NCBI GenBank assembly: GCA_041658645.1
Contig: JBAZZV010000010.1
Span: 1 to 57,870 of the forward strand
Length of the DNA: 57,870 nucleotides
Direction: 5' to 3'
From: Candidatus Margulisiibacteriota bacterium
GTDB lineage: Bacteria; Margulisbacteria; WOR-1; O2-12-FULL-45-9; XYB2-FULL-48-7
Notes under the pieces: model-generated
The model's input: the letters and a program-made list of their open reading frames with translations, nothing else
Databases searched by the model: none
Told to the model about the DNA's origin: nothing
Made by a program: the position numbers and the translations under genes
Shown: positions 20,430 through 28,198 of the stretch, in pieces
Position numbering within the stretch: position 1 is the first letter of the stretch
Layout of the letters: each line of letters opens with the position of its first letter

Positions 20430-21046
20430 TCGCCCAGCTGATCGACCTGATCGTCGTCTTCGTCACCGGAACGATCTCGGCGGTCGGTTATCTCGGCGTC
20501 CTGGTCCTGATGACGCTCGAGTCGGCCTGCATCCCGATCCCCTCGGAGATCATCATGCCCTTCTCCGGTTTTCTCGCTTCGACCGGCAAACTTTCTATTT
20601 GGGGGATAACCCTGGCCGGAGCGTTCGGCAACCTGATCGGCGCCGTGATCACTTACGCCATCGGCTACTACGGTGGCCGGCCGTTCGTCCTCAAATACGG
20701 CAAGTATTTCTTTATCCGGGAACACGAGCTGCATAAAGCGGAAAAGTTTTTCGCCAAGTATGGCGATTTCTCCGTTTTCCTCTCGCGCAACCTGCCGGTC
20801 ATCCGGACCTTTATCTCCCTGCCGGCCGGCGTGGCCGAGATGCCATTCATCAAGTTTTCCGTCTACTCTTTCCTCGGGTCAATTCCCTGGTGCTTTGCCT
20901 TGACCTATCTCGGCTTTTTGCTGGGCAGCAACTGGCTGGTCATTCGCCAGTACGGGCATTACCTCGACATCCTGGCCGGGATCGCGATCGCCAGCCTGGT
21001 GGCAAAAATAGTTTGGGACTATTACCATAACGGGGAAGAAAAATGA
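20426..21046 (+). CDS. DedA family membrane protein
   Basis: GYLGVLVLMTLESACIPIPSEIIMPFSGFL...SRNLPVIRTFISLPAG. Confidence 0.85.
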   Translation: MIAQLIDLIVVFVTGTISAVGYLGVLVLMTLESACIPIPSEIIMPFSGFLASTGKLSIWGITLAGAFGNLIGAVITYAIGYYGGRPFVLKYGKYFFIREHELHKAEKFFAKYGDFSVFLSRNLPVIRTFISLPAGVAEMPFIKFSVYSFLGSIPWCFALTYLGFLLGSNWLVIRQYGHYLDILAGIAIASLVAKIVWDYYHNGEEK

Positions 21047-22182
21047 AAAAAGCGCTCGCTATCCTGGGTTCCACCGGCTCGATCGGCAAGCAGGCCCTTG
21101 AGGTCGTCTCGATCTTCCCCAGTTCGCTGAAAGTCTCCGCCCTCGCCGCCAAGGATGAGGTCGACCTGATCGTCGAACAGATCAAGAAGTTCCAACCGCG
21201 GATCGTCTCCGTCCAGAACGAAGAAGTCAAAGCCAAAGTCGAAGCCAAGCTCGCAGGCGTAAAAGTCGAGCTCTATACTGGGACCGAGGGTTTGCAGAAA
21301 GTCGCCACCTGCGCCGAAGCGAAGATGGTCCTCGTCGCTATCCCCGGCTCGCTCGCTTTGACCGCCGTACTCGAAGCGGTAAAACTCAAGAAAGATATCG
21401 CCCTGGCCACCAAAGAAGTCCTGGTTGCCGCCGGTGAGACATTCATGAACGAAGTTAAAGCGGCCGGCATTAAAGTCTTCCCAATCGATTCCGAACATTC
21501 GGCGATCGCCCAATGCCTCCGCGGCGAGGACAAAAAGACGGTCAAGAAATTGATCCTGACCGCTTCGGGTGGGCCGTTCCTGAAAACCCCGGCCGAGAAG
21601 TTCGCCCAGCTGACCGCCAAGGAGGCGCTCCAGCACCCAACCTGGAAGATGGGGCCAAAGATTACGATCGATTCGGCAACCTTGATGAACAAAGGTTTCG
21701 AAGTGATCGAAGCGCATTATCTCTTTGGCCTTGATTACACCCAGATCGAGGTCGTCATCCACCCCGAGAGCATCATCCACTCGCTGGTCGAGTTTAGCGA
21801 CGGCTCGGTCAAGGCCCAGCTTGGCGCCCCCGACATGCGGATCCCGATCCAATACGCTTTATTAGAGGAGACTCGCCAGGCAAACCACTGGGGCCGCCTC
21901 GACCTGACCAAGAGCAACCACCTGACCTTCGCCAAACCGGATAAAGTGAAGTTCCCCTGCCTTGAATACGCCTATGAAGCCGGAAAAAAAGGGGGAACCC
22001 TCCCCGCCGTCCTCAACGCAGCAAACGAAGAAGCGGTCAGCCAGTTCCTGAAGGGTAAATTCACCTTCGACCAGATCCCGGTCAAAATCAAACAGGTGAT
22101 GGATGGACACCAAAACAAAGAAAAACCTTCCCTCGAAGATCTGCTTGAAGCCGATAAAATTGCCCGCTCCCAGCTGCTGTGA
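21043..22182 (+). CDS. dxr: 1-deoxy-D-xylulose 5-phosphate reductoisomerase
   Basis: MKKALAILGSTGSIGKQALEVV...DSEHSAIAQCL...LTASGGPF. Confidence 0.9.
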   Translation: MKKALAILGSTGSIGKQALEVVSIFPSSLKVSALAAKDEVDLIVEQIKKFQPRIVSVQNEEVKAKVEAKLAGVKVELYTGTEGLQKVATCAEAKMVLVAIPGSLALTAVLEAVKLKKDIALATKEVLVAAGETFMNEVKAAGIKVFPIDSEHSAIAQCLRGEDKKTVKKLILTASGGPFLKTPAEKFAQLTAKEALQHPTWKMGPKITIDSATLMNKGFEVIEAHYLFGLDYTQIEVVIHPESIIHSLVEFSDGSVKAQLGAPDMRIPIQYALLEETRQANHWGRLDLTKSNHLTFAKPDKVKFPCLEYAYEAGKKGGTLPAVLNAANEEAVSQFLKGKFTFDQIPVKIKQVMDGHQNKEKPSLEDLLEADKIARSQLL

Positions 22183-22195
22183 TATACTTGTTTTC

Positions 22196-23935
22196 ATGAC
22201 GAAAGAGATCGATCTGGAAGTGCTCCGCCACTCCACCTCCCACGTGATGGCCCATGCCGTCCAGGAGATCTTTCCGAGCGTTAAGCTGGGGATCGGCCCG
22301 GCTATCGAAAACGGCTTTTATTACGATTTTGACCTCCCGACCCAGATCACCCCGGAAGACCTGACCAAGATCGAAGCCAAGATGCGGGAGATCATCAAGA
22401 AAGAGCATAAATTTGAACGGCAGGAGATGGACAGGGCCAAGGCGATCGAGCTGTTCGAGGCGCGGGGCGAGAAGTACAAAGTCGACCTCCTCAACGAGAT
22501 CCCCGATAACAAGGTCACCTTGTATAAGAGCGGCGATTTCCTCGACCTCTGCCGCGGCCCGCATATTGAACATACGGGACATATTAAAGCGTTTAAATTG
22601 CTCTCAATCGCCGGCGCTTACTGGCACGGGATCGAGACCAATCCGATGATGCAGCGGATCTACGGGACCGTCTTCCCGACGCAAAAAGAGCTTGATGATT
22701 ATCTGAAGCAGATCGAAGAAGCCAAAAAGCGCGACCATCGCAAGCTCGGCCGGGAGCTAGACCTCTTCTCGATCCATGAGGAAGCGGGCGCCGGTCTTGT
22801 CTACTGGCACCCCAAAGGGACGGTCCTGCGCGGTTTGATCGAGGATTTCCTGAAAAAGGAAAATAAAAAGCGTGGCTACGAGTTCGTCACTATTCCGCAC
22901 ATTGGCAAAATCGACCTTTGGAACACTTCGGGCCATACGAACTACTATCGAGAAAACATGTACTTCATGCAGATCGACGAGCAGGATTACGTCCTCAAGC
23001 CGATGAACTGCCCGGGCCATATTTTGATCTTCAAACGCAAAACCCGCAGTTACCGCGACCTGCCGATCCGCTATTTTGAGCTCGGCACGGTCTACCGCTA
23101 CGAGAAATCGGGGGTTCTGCATGGCCTCCTCCGGGTCCGCGGCTTTACCCAGGACGACGCCCACATTTTCTGCCGCGAAGACCAGTTGGAGGAGGAGATA
23201 CTCTCTATCCTCGATTTCATCAACTATGTCATGAAGGTCTTTGGCTTTGCCTTCAGCGTCAACCTCTCGACCCGGCCGGAAAGCTTTGCCGGGACCAAGG
23301 AGAGCTGGGAGCGGGCGACCGCCATCCTCGAAAAATCGCTCCAGGACCAGGGGATCCCGTTTGAGATCGACCCGGGCGCCGGCACTTTCTACGGCCCGAA
23401 GATCGACGTCAAATTAAAAGATTCGCTCGGCCGCGAATGGCAGGGGCCGACCGTCCAGGTCGATTTTAACCTGCCGCAGCGCTTCAACCTGGCCTATGTC
23501 GGGGACGATGGGAAAGAACATACCCCGGTCATGATCCATCGGGCGATCCTGGGAAGCCTGGAACGCTTTATCGGCGCCTTGATCGAACATTACGCCGGCG
23601 CCTTCCCCACCTGGCTCGCCCCGACCCAGGCGCTGATCCTGCCGATCGCCGACCGCCATATCCCCTACGCGGAAAAGGTCAGGGACTCCCTTCTGGCGGC
23701 CGATGTCCGGGTAGAGGTTGATTCCCGCCGCGAAACCATCGGCGCCAAGATCCGCGACGCCCAGATGCAAAAGGTCCCCTACATGCTGGTCGTCGGCGAC
23801 AAGGAAGCGGAAGCCGGGACCGTCTCGATCCGCCTTAGGAACGCCGCGACCTCGGCCACCAAGAGCCTCAGCGATTTTCTCTTTGACCTGAAGAGAGAAA
23901 TAAGCTATAATAGTGGTGAGAATGACGGGAGTTAG
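22196..23935 (+). CDS. thrS: threonine--tRNA ligase (N-terminal TGS domain apparently absent)
   Basis: Starts MTKEIDLEVLRHSTSHVMAHAV (the HxxxH of the second additional domain), followed by class II catalytic and anticodon-binding domains. ~580 aa. Confidence 0.9.
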   Translation: MTKEIDLEVLRHSTSHVMAHAVQEIFPSVKLGIGPAIENGFYYDFDLPTQITPEDLTKIEAKMREIIKKEHKFERQEMDRAKAIELFEARGEKYKVDLLNEIPDNKVTLYKSGDFLDLCRGPHIEHTGHIKAFKLLSIAGAYWHGIETNPMMQRIYGTVFPTQKELDDYLKQIEEAKKRDHRKLGRELDLFSIHEEAGAGLVYWHPKGTVLRGLIEDFLKKENKKRGYEFVTIPHIGKIDLWNTSGHTNYYRENMYFMQIDEQDYVLKPMNCPGHILIFKRKTRSYRDLPIRYFELGTVYRYEKSGVLHGLLRVRGFTQDDAHIFCREDQLEEEILSILDFINYVMKVFGFAFSVNLSTRPESFAGTKESWERATAILEKSLQDQGIPFEIDPGAGTFYGPKIDVKLKDSLGREWQGPTVQVDFNLPQRFNLAYVGDDGKEHTPVMIHRAILGSLERFIGALIEHYAGAFPTWLAPTQALILPIADRHIPYAEKVRDSLLAADVRVEVDSRRETIGAKIRDAQMQKVPYMLVVGDKEAEAGTVSIRLRNAATSATKSLSDFLFDLKREISYNSGENDGS

Positions 23936-23940
23936 TTCGT

Positions 23941-24447
23941 ATTAGGGATTATCTAATAAACGAGCGGATCTGGGCAAAAGAGGTCCGGCTCATCGCCAAT
24001 GACGGCAAGCAGCTGGGCGTGGTAGCGACCACTGAAGCGCTCCGGCTGGCCCGCGAACAAGGGATCGACCTGGTCCTGATCGCGCCGGCCTCCAAGCCGC
24101 CCGTCGCGCGTCTGGCCGATTACGGCCGGCTCCGCTACGAGCTCTCCAAAAAGGAGAAAGAATCGCGCAAGGCGTCAAAGACCGGGACCATCAAGGAAGT
24201 TAAACTTTCCTCCAAGATCGCCCAGCACGATTTTGATGTCCGCGTCAATAAAGCCAAAGAGCTGCTGGAAAAAGGGTTCAAGGTTAAGATCAATATCATG
24301 TTCCGCGGTCGGGAGATGGCCCATACCGACCTGGGTCGCAAGGTATTGGACCGCCTGGTCGAGGCGGTAGCTTCGGTCGGCAAGGCCGAGGCCCCTCCTA
24401 AGATGGAAGGTCGCAACCTTAATCTGATGCTCGGACCAAAGAAGTAA
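23941..24447 (+). CDS. infC: translation initiation factor IF-3 with non-AUG (ATT) start
   Basis: In-frame IRDYLINERIWAKEVRLIANDGKQLGVVATTEALRLAREQGIDLVLIAP... has no ATG after the upstream stop at 23923-25. An ATT at 23941 (or ATA at 23956) is the only plausible start, as in E. coli infC. Confidence 0.8.
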   Translation: MRDYLINERIWAKEVRLIANDGKQLGVVATTEALRLAREQGIDLVLIAPASKPPVARLADYGRLRYELSKKEKESRKASKTGTIKEVKLSSKIAQHDFDVRVNKAKELLEKGFKVKINIMFRGREMAHTDLGRKVLDRLVEAVASVGKAEAPPKMEGRNLNLMLGPKK

Positions 24448-24451
24448 AAAT

Positions 24452-24649
24452 ATGCCAAAAATAAAAACCAGAAAAGCCGCCGCCAAACGTTTCGTCATTA
24501 AAAAATCGGGCAAGATCATGCGCCGGCATGCCGGCCGGCGCCACCTGCTGGAGTGCAAATCGGCTACCCAGCGCCGCCGCCTGAAGAAAAACGCCGTCCT
24601 ATCACCAGCGGACGTTCGCCGCGTCCACGATATGCTACCGGGAGGATAA
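24452..24649 (+). CDS. rpmI: 50S ribosomal protein L35
   Basis: MPKIKTRKAAAKRFVIKKSGKIMRRHAGRRH. Confidence 0.9.
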   Translation: MPKIKTRKAAAKRFVIKKSGKIMRRHAGRRHLLECKSATQRRRLKKNAVLSPADVRRVHDMLPGG

Positions 24650-24650
24650 C

Positions 24651-25001
24651 ATGGTCAGAGTAAAAAGAGGATTCACCGCCCGCCGCCGCAAAAAGAAGCT
24701 TTTTGCCAAGACGAAAGGCTTCCGGATCACCCTCCGGACACAGCTGCGGCGCGCCAAACAGGCGGTCATTAAGGCCGGTGTCCACGCCACCCGCCATCGC
24801 CGCGACAAGAAAGGGACGATGCGCCGCCTCTGGACCACCCGGATCAACGCCGGCGCCCGCGCCCTGGGGATCAAATACAGCCTGCTGATCAACGCGCTGA
24901 AAAAGGCCGCCATCAAGCTGGACCGCAAGAGCCTGGCCGATCTCGCGCTTAACCATCCGGCCGATTTCGCGAAGATCGTCGCTCACGTCACGAAATCATG
25001 A
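24651..25001 (+). CDS. rplT: 50S ribosomal protein L20
   Basis: MVRVKRGFTARRRKKKLFAKTKGFR... Confidence 0.9.
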   Translation: MVRVKRGFTARRRKKKLFAKTKGFRITLRTQLRRAKQAVIKAGVHATRHRRDKKGTMRRLWTTRINAGARALGIKYSLLINALKKAAIKLDRKSLADLALNHPADFAKIVAHVTKS

Positions 25002-25489
25002 TCGAGATGCAGCTCGGTGGGCTCGGTTTTGACCCCCGCAATCTCTCCCCGCTGGTCCTCCTCCGCGACCAGGAAGAGCTGAATTTCCTCCCCATCTGGA
25101 TCGGGGTATTTGAAGCCGCGGCCATCGCCATGGAACTGCAAGGGGTCCAGCCCCCCCGCCCCATGACCCATGACCTGCTAAAAGATGCCATCGAAAAGCT
25201 CGGTGGCAAGACCAAGCGGGTCCTGATCAACGACATGAAGGAAGGGACCTTTTTCGCCGCGGTCGAGGTCGAGACTAAAGAAGGAAAACTGCTGACCCTG
25301 GACGCCCGCCCGTCGGATGCCATCGCCCTGGCCGTCCGCAGTCAGGCGCCGATCATGGTCGCCGAAGGGGTCATGATGCAGGCCAAGCTGGTCAATTCGG
25401 AAAAAGATGCCGAGGAAACAAAGAAGTTCAAAGATTTTATCGCGGACCTCCGCCCCGAAGACTTCACCAAGTATTACAAGAAAGATTAA
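24998..25489 (+). CDS. bifunctional nuclease (DUF151/BFN) family protein
   Basis: LPIWIGVFEAAAIAMELQGVQPPRPMTHDLL...ARPSDAIALAVR. Confidence 0.7.
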   Translation: MIEMQLGGLGFDPRNLSPLVLLRDQEELNFLPIWIGVFEAAAIAMELQGVQPPRPMTHDLLKDAIEKLGGKTKRVLINDMKEGTFFAAVEVETKEGKLLTLDARPSDAIALAVRSQAPIMVAEGVMMQAKLVNSEKDAEETKKFKDFIADLRPEDFTKYYKKD

Positions 25490-25845
25490 CTTCTCGAGAT
25501 CAGGAGCACCCCGACGACGATCGTCACGATCCCGGCCCAGCGGATCAAGCTGACCTGCTCTTTAAAGAAGATCAGTGAGAGGATCGCCACCAGGACGTAA
25601 CCCAAACTGACCATCGGGTAGACCAGGCTTAGCGGCAGCCGCGACAGGACGACCAGCCAGAAAAGCGAAGAGAGGCCAAAACAGGCAAAACCGAAAAAGA
25701 CCCACGGATTGAGGATCATCGGGACGATCTTAAAAAGAAGCTGGCTGGCCGGGAATGTCCCGAACGCCATCATTCCCTTCTTCATCAGCATCTGGCCGGC
25801 GATCGCCAGCAGGACCGAGACGATCATGATCAGATAATTCATCAT
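25486..25845 (-). CDS. small EamA/SMR-like 4-TM transporter (ArnE/ArnF-like)
   Basis: 119 aa from ATGATG preceded by a GAAGGAG RBS. Four hydrophobic helices. The track ORF extends to 26010 with an implausible N-terminus. Confidence 0.55.
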   Translation of the reverse strand: MMNYLIMIVSVLLAIAGQMLMKKGMMAFGTFPASQLLFKIVPMILNPWVFFGFACFGLSSLFWLVVLSRLPLSLVYPMVSLGYVLVAILSLIFFKEQVSLIRWAGIVTIVVGVLLISRS

Positions 25846-26228
25846 TATGGTAACTCCTTCTTTAATATGACTACGGCTCGAGCGCTCCGGCCGACCGCGT
25901 AAACAACTTTGAGATCTTTTTCCCGCACGACCTTGAATGAACCTTCCCCTAAAGACTGGCCATAACCAACCGCCGAGTTTTTCAACCAATTGTGCTCGCC
26001 GGCCGGCCAATGTGGTTGGTCAGTATACCAGGCGGGATTTTTGACCAATTCCACCCCAGCCGAAGCTAAACCTGCCTCGGCCAACCACTCCGCTTGTTCC
26101 CGCCGATAGAAAAGGACCGCCGCGACATGGTTATTATAGACCATTTTCCCGAGAAAAACAGCCAGCAGGAGCAATGCTCCGGCAACCAGAATAGCGACCA
26201 GCAGAGCGGCCCCTGACCTCCTCTTCAT
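25845..26228 (-). CDS. GspK/PilX-like minor pseudopilin
   Basis: MKRRSGAALLVAILVAGALLLL N-terminus is typical of GspK-type pseudopilins. Overlaps the upstream gene by 4 nt. Confidence 0.45.
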   Translation of the reverse strand: MKRRSGAALLVAILVAGALLLLAVFLGKMVYNNHVAAVLFYRREQAEWLAEAGLASAGVELVKNPAWYTDQPHWPAGEHNWLKNSAVGYGQSLGEGSFKVVREKDLKVVYAVGRSARAVVILKKELP

Positions 26229-26635
26229 CTGACCCCGACCGTAAATTCGGCCTTGTTCAGTGCGATCCTAATCAAACCAGGTTCCGGATAACTGAAAGTA
26301 AGCCGCCCAATCTCCCCTTCTGAAGTTAAATAAGCGCTCCAACTGCCGGCCCGCCGCCTGACTTTACCATCGACCAAGCGATAATTGACATTTTCACTCC
26401 CCACTTGAAGGAACACTTCCTGCGAAGTCGACCCACAGAGAACCGCCGAGGCGGAGCGAATATCGATCGTCACTCTTTCGGCCAGGTTAGTTTCGATCTG
26501 GGCGAGGGCGTTCTTTCTCACAACCAGTCGCCAACTCCTTACCCCTGTTCCCAAAGCGCCAAAAATGACCGTAAAGATCAGCGCAGTTAGGCTGAGGGCG
26601 ATGATCGCTTCAACCAGCGTGAAGCCCCTCTTCAT
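26225..26635 (-). CDS. prepilin-type N-terminal cleavage/methylation domain protein (GspJ/PilW-like)
   Basis: MKRGFTLVEAIIALSLTALIF prepilin motif (G/FTLVE). ATGA overlaps with both neighbours. Confidence 0.6.
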   Translation of the reverse strand: MKRGFTLVEAIIALSLTALIFTVIFGALGTGVRSWRLVVRKNALAQIETNLAERVTIDIRSASAVLCGSTSQEVFLQVGSENVNYRLVDGKVRRRAGSWSAYLTSEGEIGRLTFSYPEPGLIRIALNKAEFTVGVR

Positions 26636-26910
26636 AAATACTTGCTCCTTAAGGTGTATAAAATCAGCGGCGGCCGACCTTTTTGCCACTCCTGCTCCAA
26701 TCTAACTACAACCAGCTCGGGAGCGATTGACGGCTGATGGCTGATAACTTCCATTTGACTGCGCAGGAAGAGGGTCGCCTGGCGCAGTTTGCCGGCGCGG
26801 GCCAATTCGACCTGCGCCGATTTGACCAGCCAGGTGAACGCGACAAAAACAGCGAGGAAGAGCCCCATGGCGGCCAGCACCTCGACTAAAGTAAACCCCC
26901 GCCTATTCAA
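26632..26910 (-). CDS. prepilin-type pseudopilin (GspI/PilV-like)
   Basis: MNRRGFTLVEVLAAMGLFLAV. Confidence 0.6.
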   Translation of the reverse strand: MNRRGFTLVEVLAAMGLFLAVFVAFTWLVKSAQVELARAGKLRQATLFLRSQMEVISHQPSIAPELVVVRLEQEWQKGRPPLILYTLRSKYL

Positions 26911-27214
26911 CGCGGACCCTCCCGGCCGAGGAGAGGATCACTTTGCGGCTCCGCCCGATCAATTCGGTCCCGCTCCCGCCTGGCGGGGGGAAACCACTGG
27001 CCGCGAAACGGAAACGCCCGCTGGCTTGGGTTTGGCCAACAGTTAGAGCGGTCGCTTGAGTAGTGCGCAGATCGGAGGCCAAATGTTCTGCCAGACCGTT
27101 CAGGCGGAGGTTTTCTTTTAATTTGGTAAAAGCGGGTAAAGTAAACGAAAGGAGCAGGCCACACAGCCCGATCACGACCAATAGCTCGACCAAAGTGAAC
27201 CCCCTCCGCCCCAT
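26903..27214 (-). CDS. prepilin-type pseudopilin (GspH/FimT-like)
   Basis: MGRRGFTLVELLVVIGLCGLLL. Confidence 0.6.
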   Translation of the reverse strand: MGRRGFTLVELLVVIGLCGLLLSFTLPAFTKLKENLRLNGLAEHLASDLRTTQATALTVGQTQASGRFRFAASGFPPPGGSGTELIGRSRKVILSSAGRVRVE

Positions 27215-27247
27215 CCCCTACCTCCTACTGACAACTAACGACTAATA

Positions 27248-28093
27248 TCACGCTTCAACGATCAGATTATCGATCAACCTGGTCTTGCCAACATAAGCCG
27301 CCACGGCGAGTAACATCCGGCCACGGACCCCCTTGGCATCTTCGAGCGTTTCCGGATCGGCCGCGACCAGATAATCAAGGCGGACCGACGGTTCGCTCCC
27401 AATCAAGGAACGAAGCCGGTACATGATCTTATTTAAATCTCGCTCTCCCGCGCCGATCTCGCTCTGGGCCAGGCGGAGCGCTTTATACAGAATGGCCGCC
27501 GACTTCCTCTCCCGGGGATTAAGATAAGCGTTGCGCGAGCTGAGCGCCAGCCCGTCGAACTCCCGGACCGTCGGCAGAGCGACCACCGTAACCGGCAGGT
27601 TAAGATCACGCACCAGTTGTTTGACGATTAACTGCTGCTGGTAATCTTTTTCGCCGAAAAAAGCGGCATCGGGGCAAACAATGTTAAATAACTTGGTGAC
27701 GACCGTGGTCACGCCGCGAAAATGGTTCGGGCGGGTCCGGCCGCACAGTTTCTTGGCCAGCTTCTCTACTTCCACGAAGGTCTTAAACCCCTCCGGGAAC
27801 ATCGCTCTGGCTTCGGGGGTGAAAAGGACATCGATCTCAAAACTTTTCAGCAGCTTCTTATCGTGGCGGAGGTTACGCGGGTAACTGGCAAAGTCTTCGC
27901 TCGGGCTGAATTGGAGCGGATTAACAAAGACGCTGGCGACCACGACCTCGCAACGTTTTTTCGCGGCGGCGATAAGAGAAAGATGTCCCTCGTGGAACGC
28001 GCCCATAGTCGGGACAAAACCGACTTTCTTGCCGTGACTTTTGGCTTTGAGGGAAAAAAGACGCATCTCGCCCGGCTCTTTGATCTCGCGCAT
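27248..28093 (-). CDS. panC: pantoate--beta-alanine ligase
   Basis: VGFVPTMGAFHEGHLSLI... Confidence 0.9.
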   Translation of the reverse strand: MREIKEPGEMRLFSLKAKSHGKKVGFVPTMGAFHEGHLSLIAAAKKRCEVVVASVFVNPLQFSPSEDFASYPRNLRHDKKLLKSFEIDVLFTPEARAMFPEGFKTFVEVEKLAKKLCGRTRPNHFRGVTTVVTKLFNIVCPDAAFFGEKDYQQQLIVKQLVRDLNLPVTVVALPTVREFDGLALSSRNAYLNPRERKSAAILYKALRLAQSEIGAGERDLNKIMYRLRSLIGSEPSVRLDYLVAADPETLEDAKGVRGRMLLAVAAYVGKTRLIDNLIVEA

Positions 28094-28198
28094 TTTACCT
28101 GATCAGCCAGTGATGGGCGACCAGCCAGATAGCAATGGCGATCGCCAGGGCGGTAGCCTTCAAAGTGAGGTTGATAGTAAATAGTCTTTTAAGCATCG
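28094..28198 (-). CDS. possible small hydrophobic peptide (MLKRLFTINLTLKATALAIAIAIWLVAHHWLIR)
   Basis: 33-codon ORF. Its ATG overlaps the topA stop (ATGCTTAA), and it ends 5 nt before the panC ATG. Found by hand translation and not in the ORF track. Confidence 0.25.

Noticed and set aside
21022-22582. Minus-strand ORFs opposite dxr and thrS
   Set aside because: Shadow ORFs in a GC-rich region. dxr and thrS are unambiguous.
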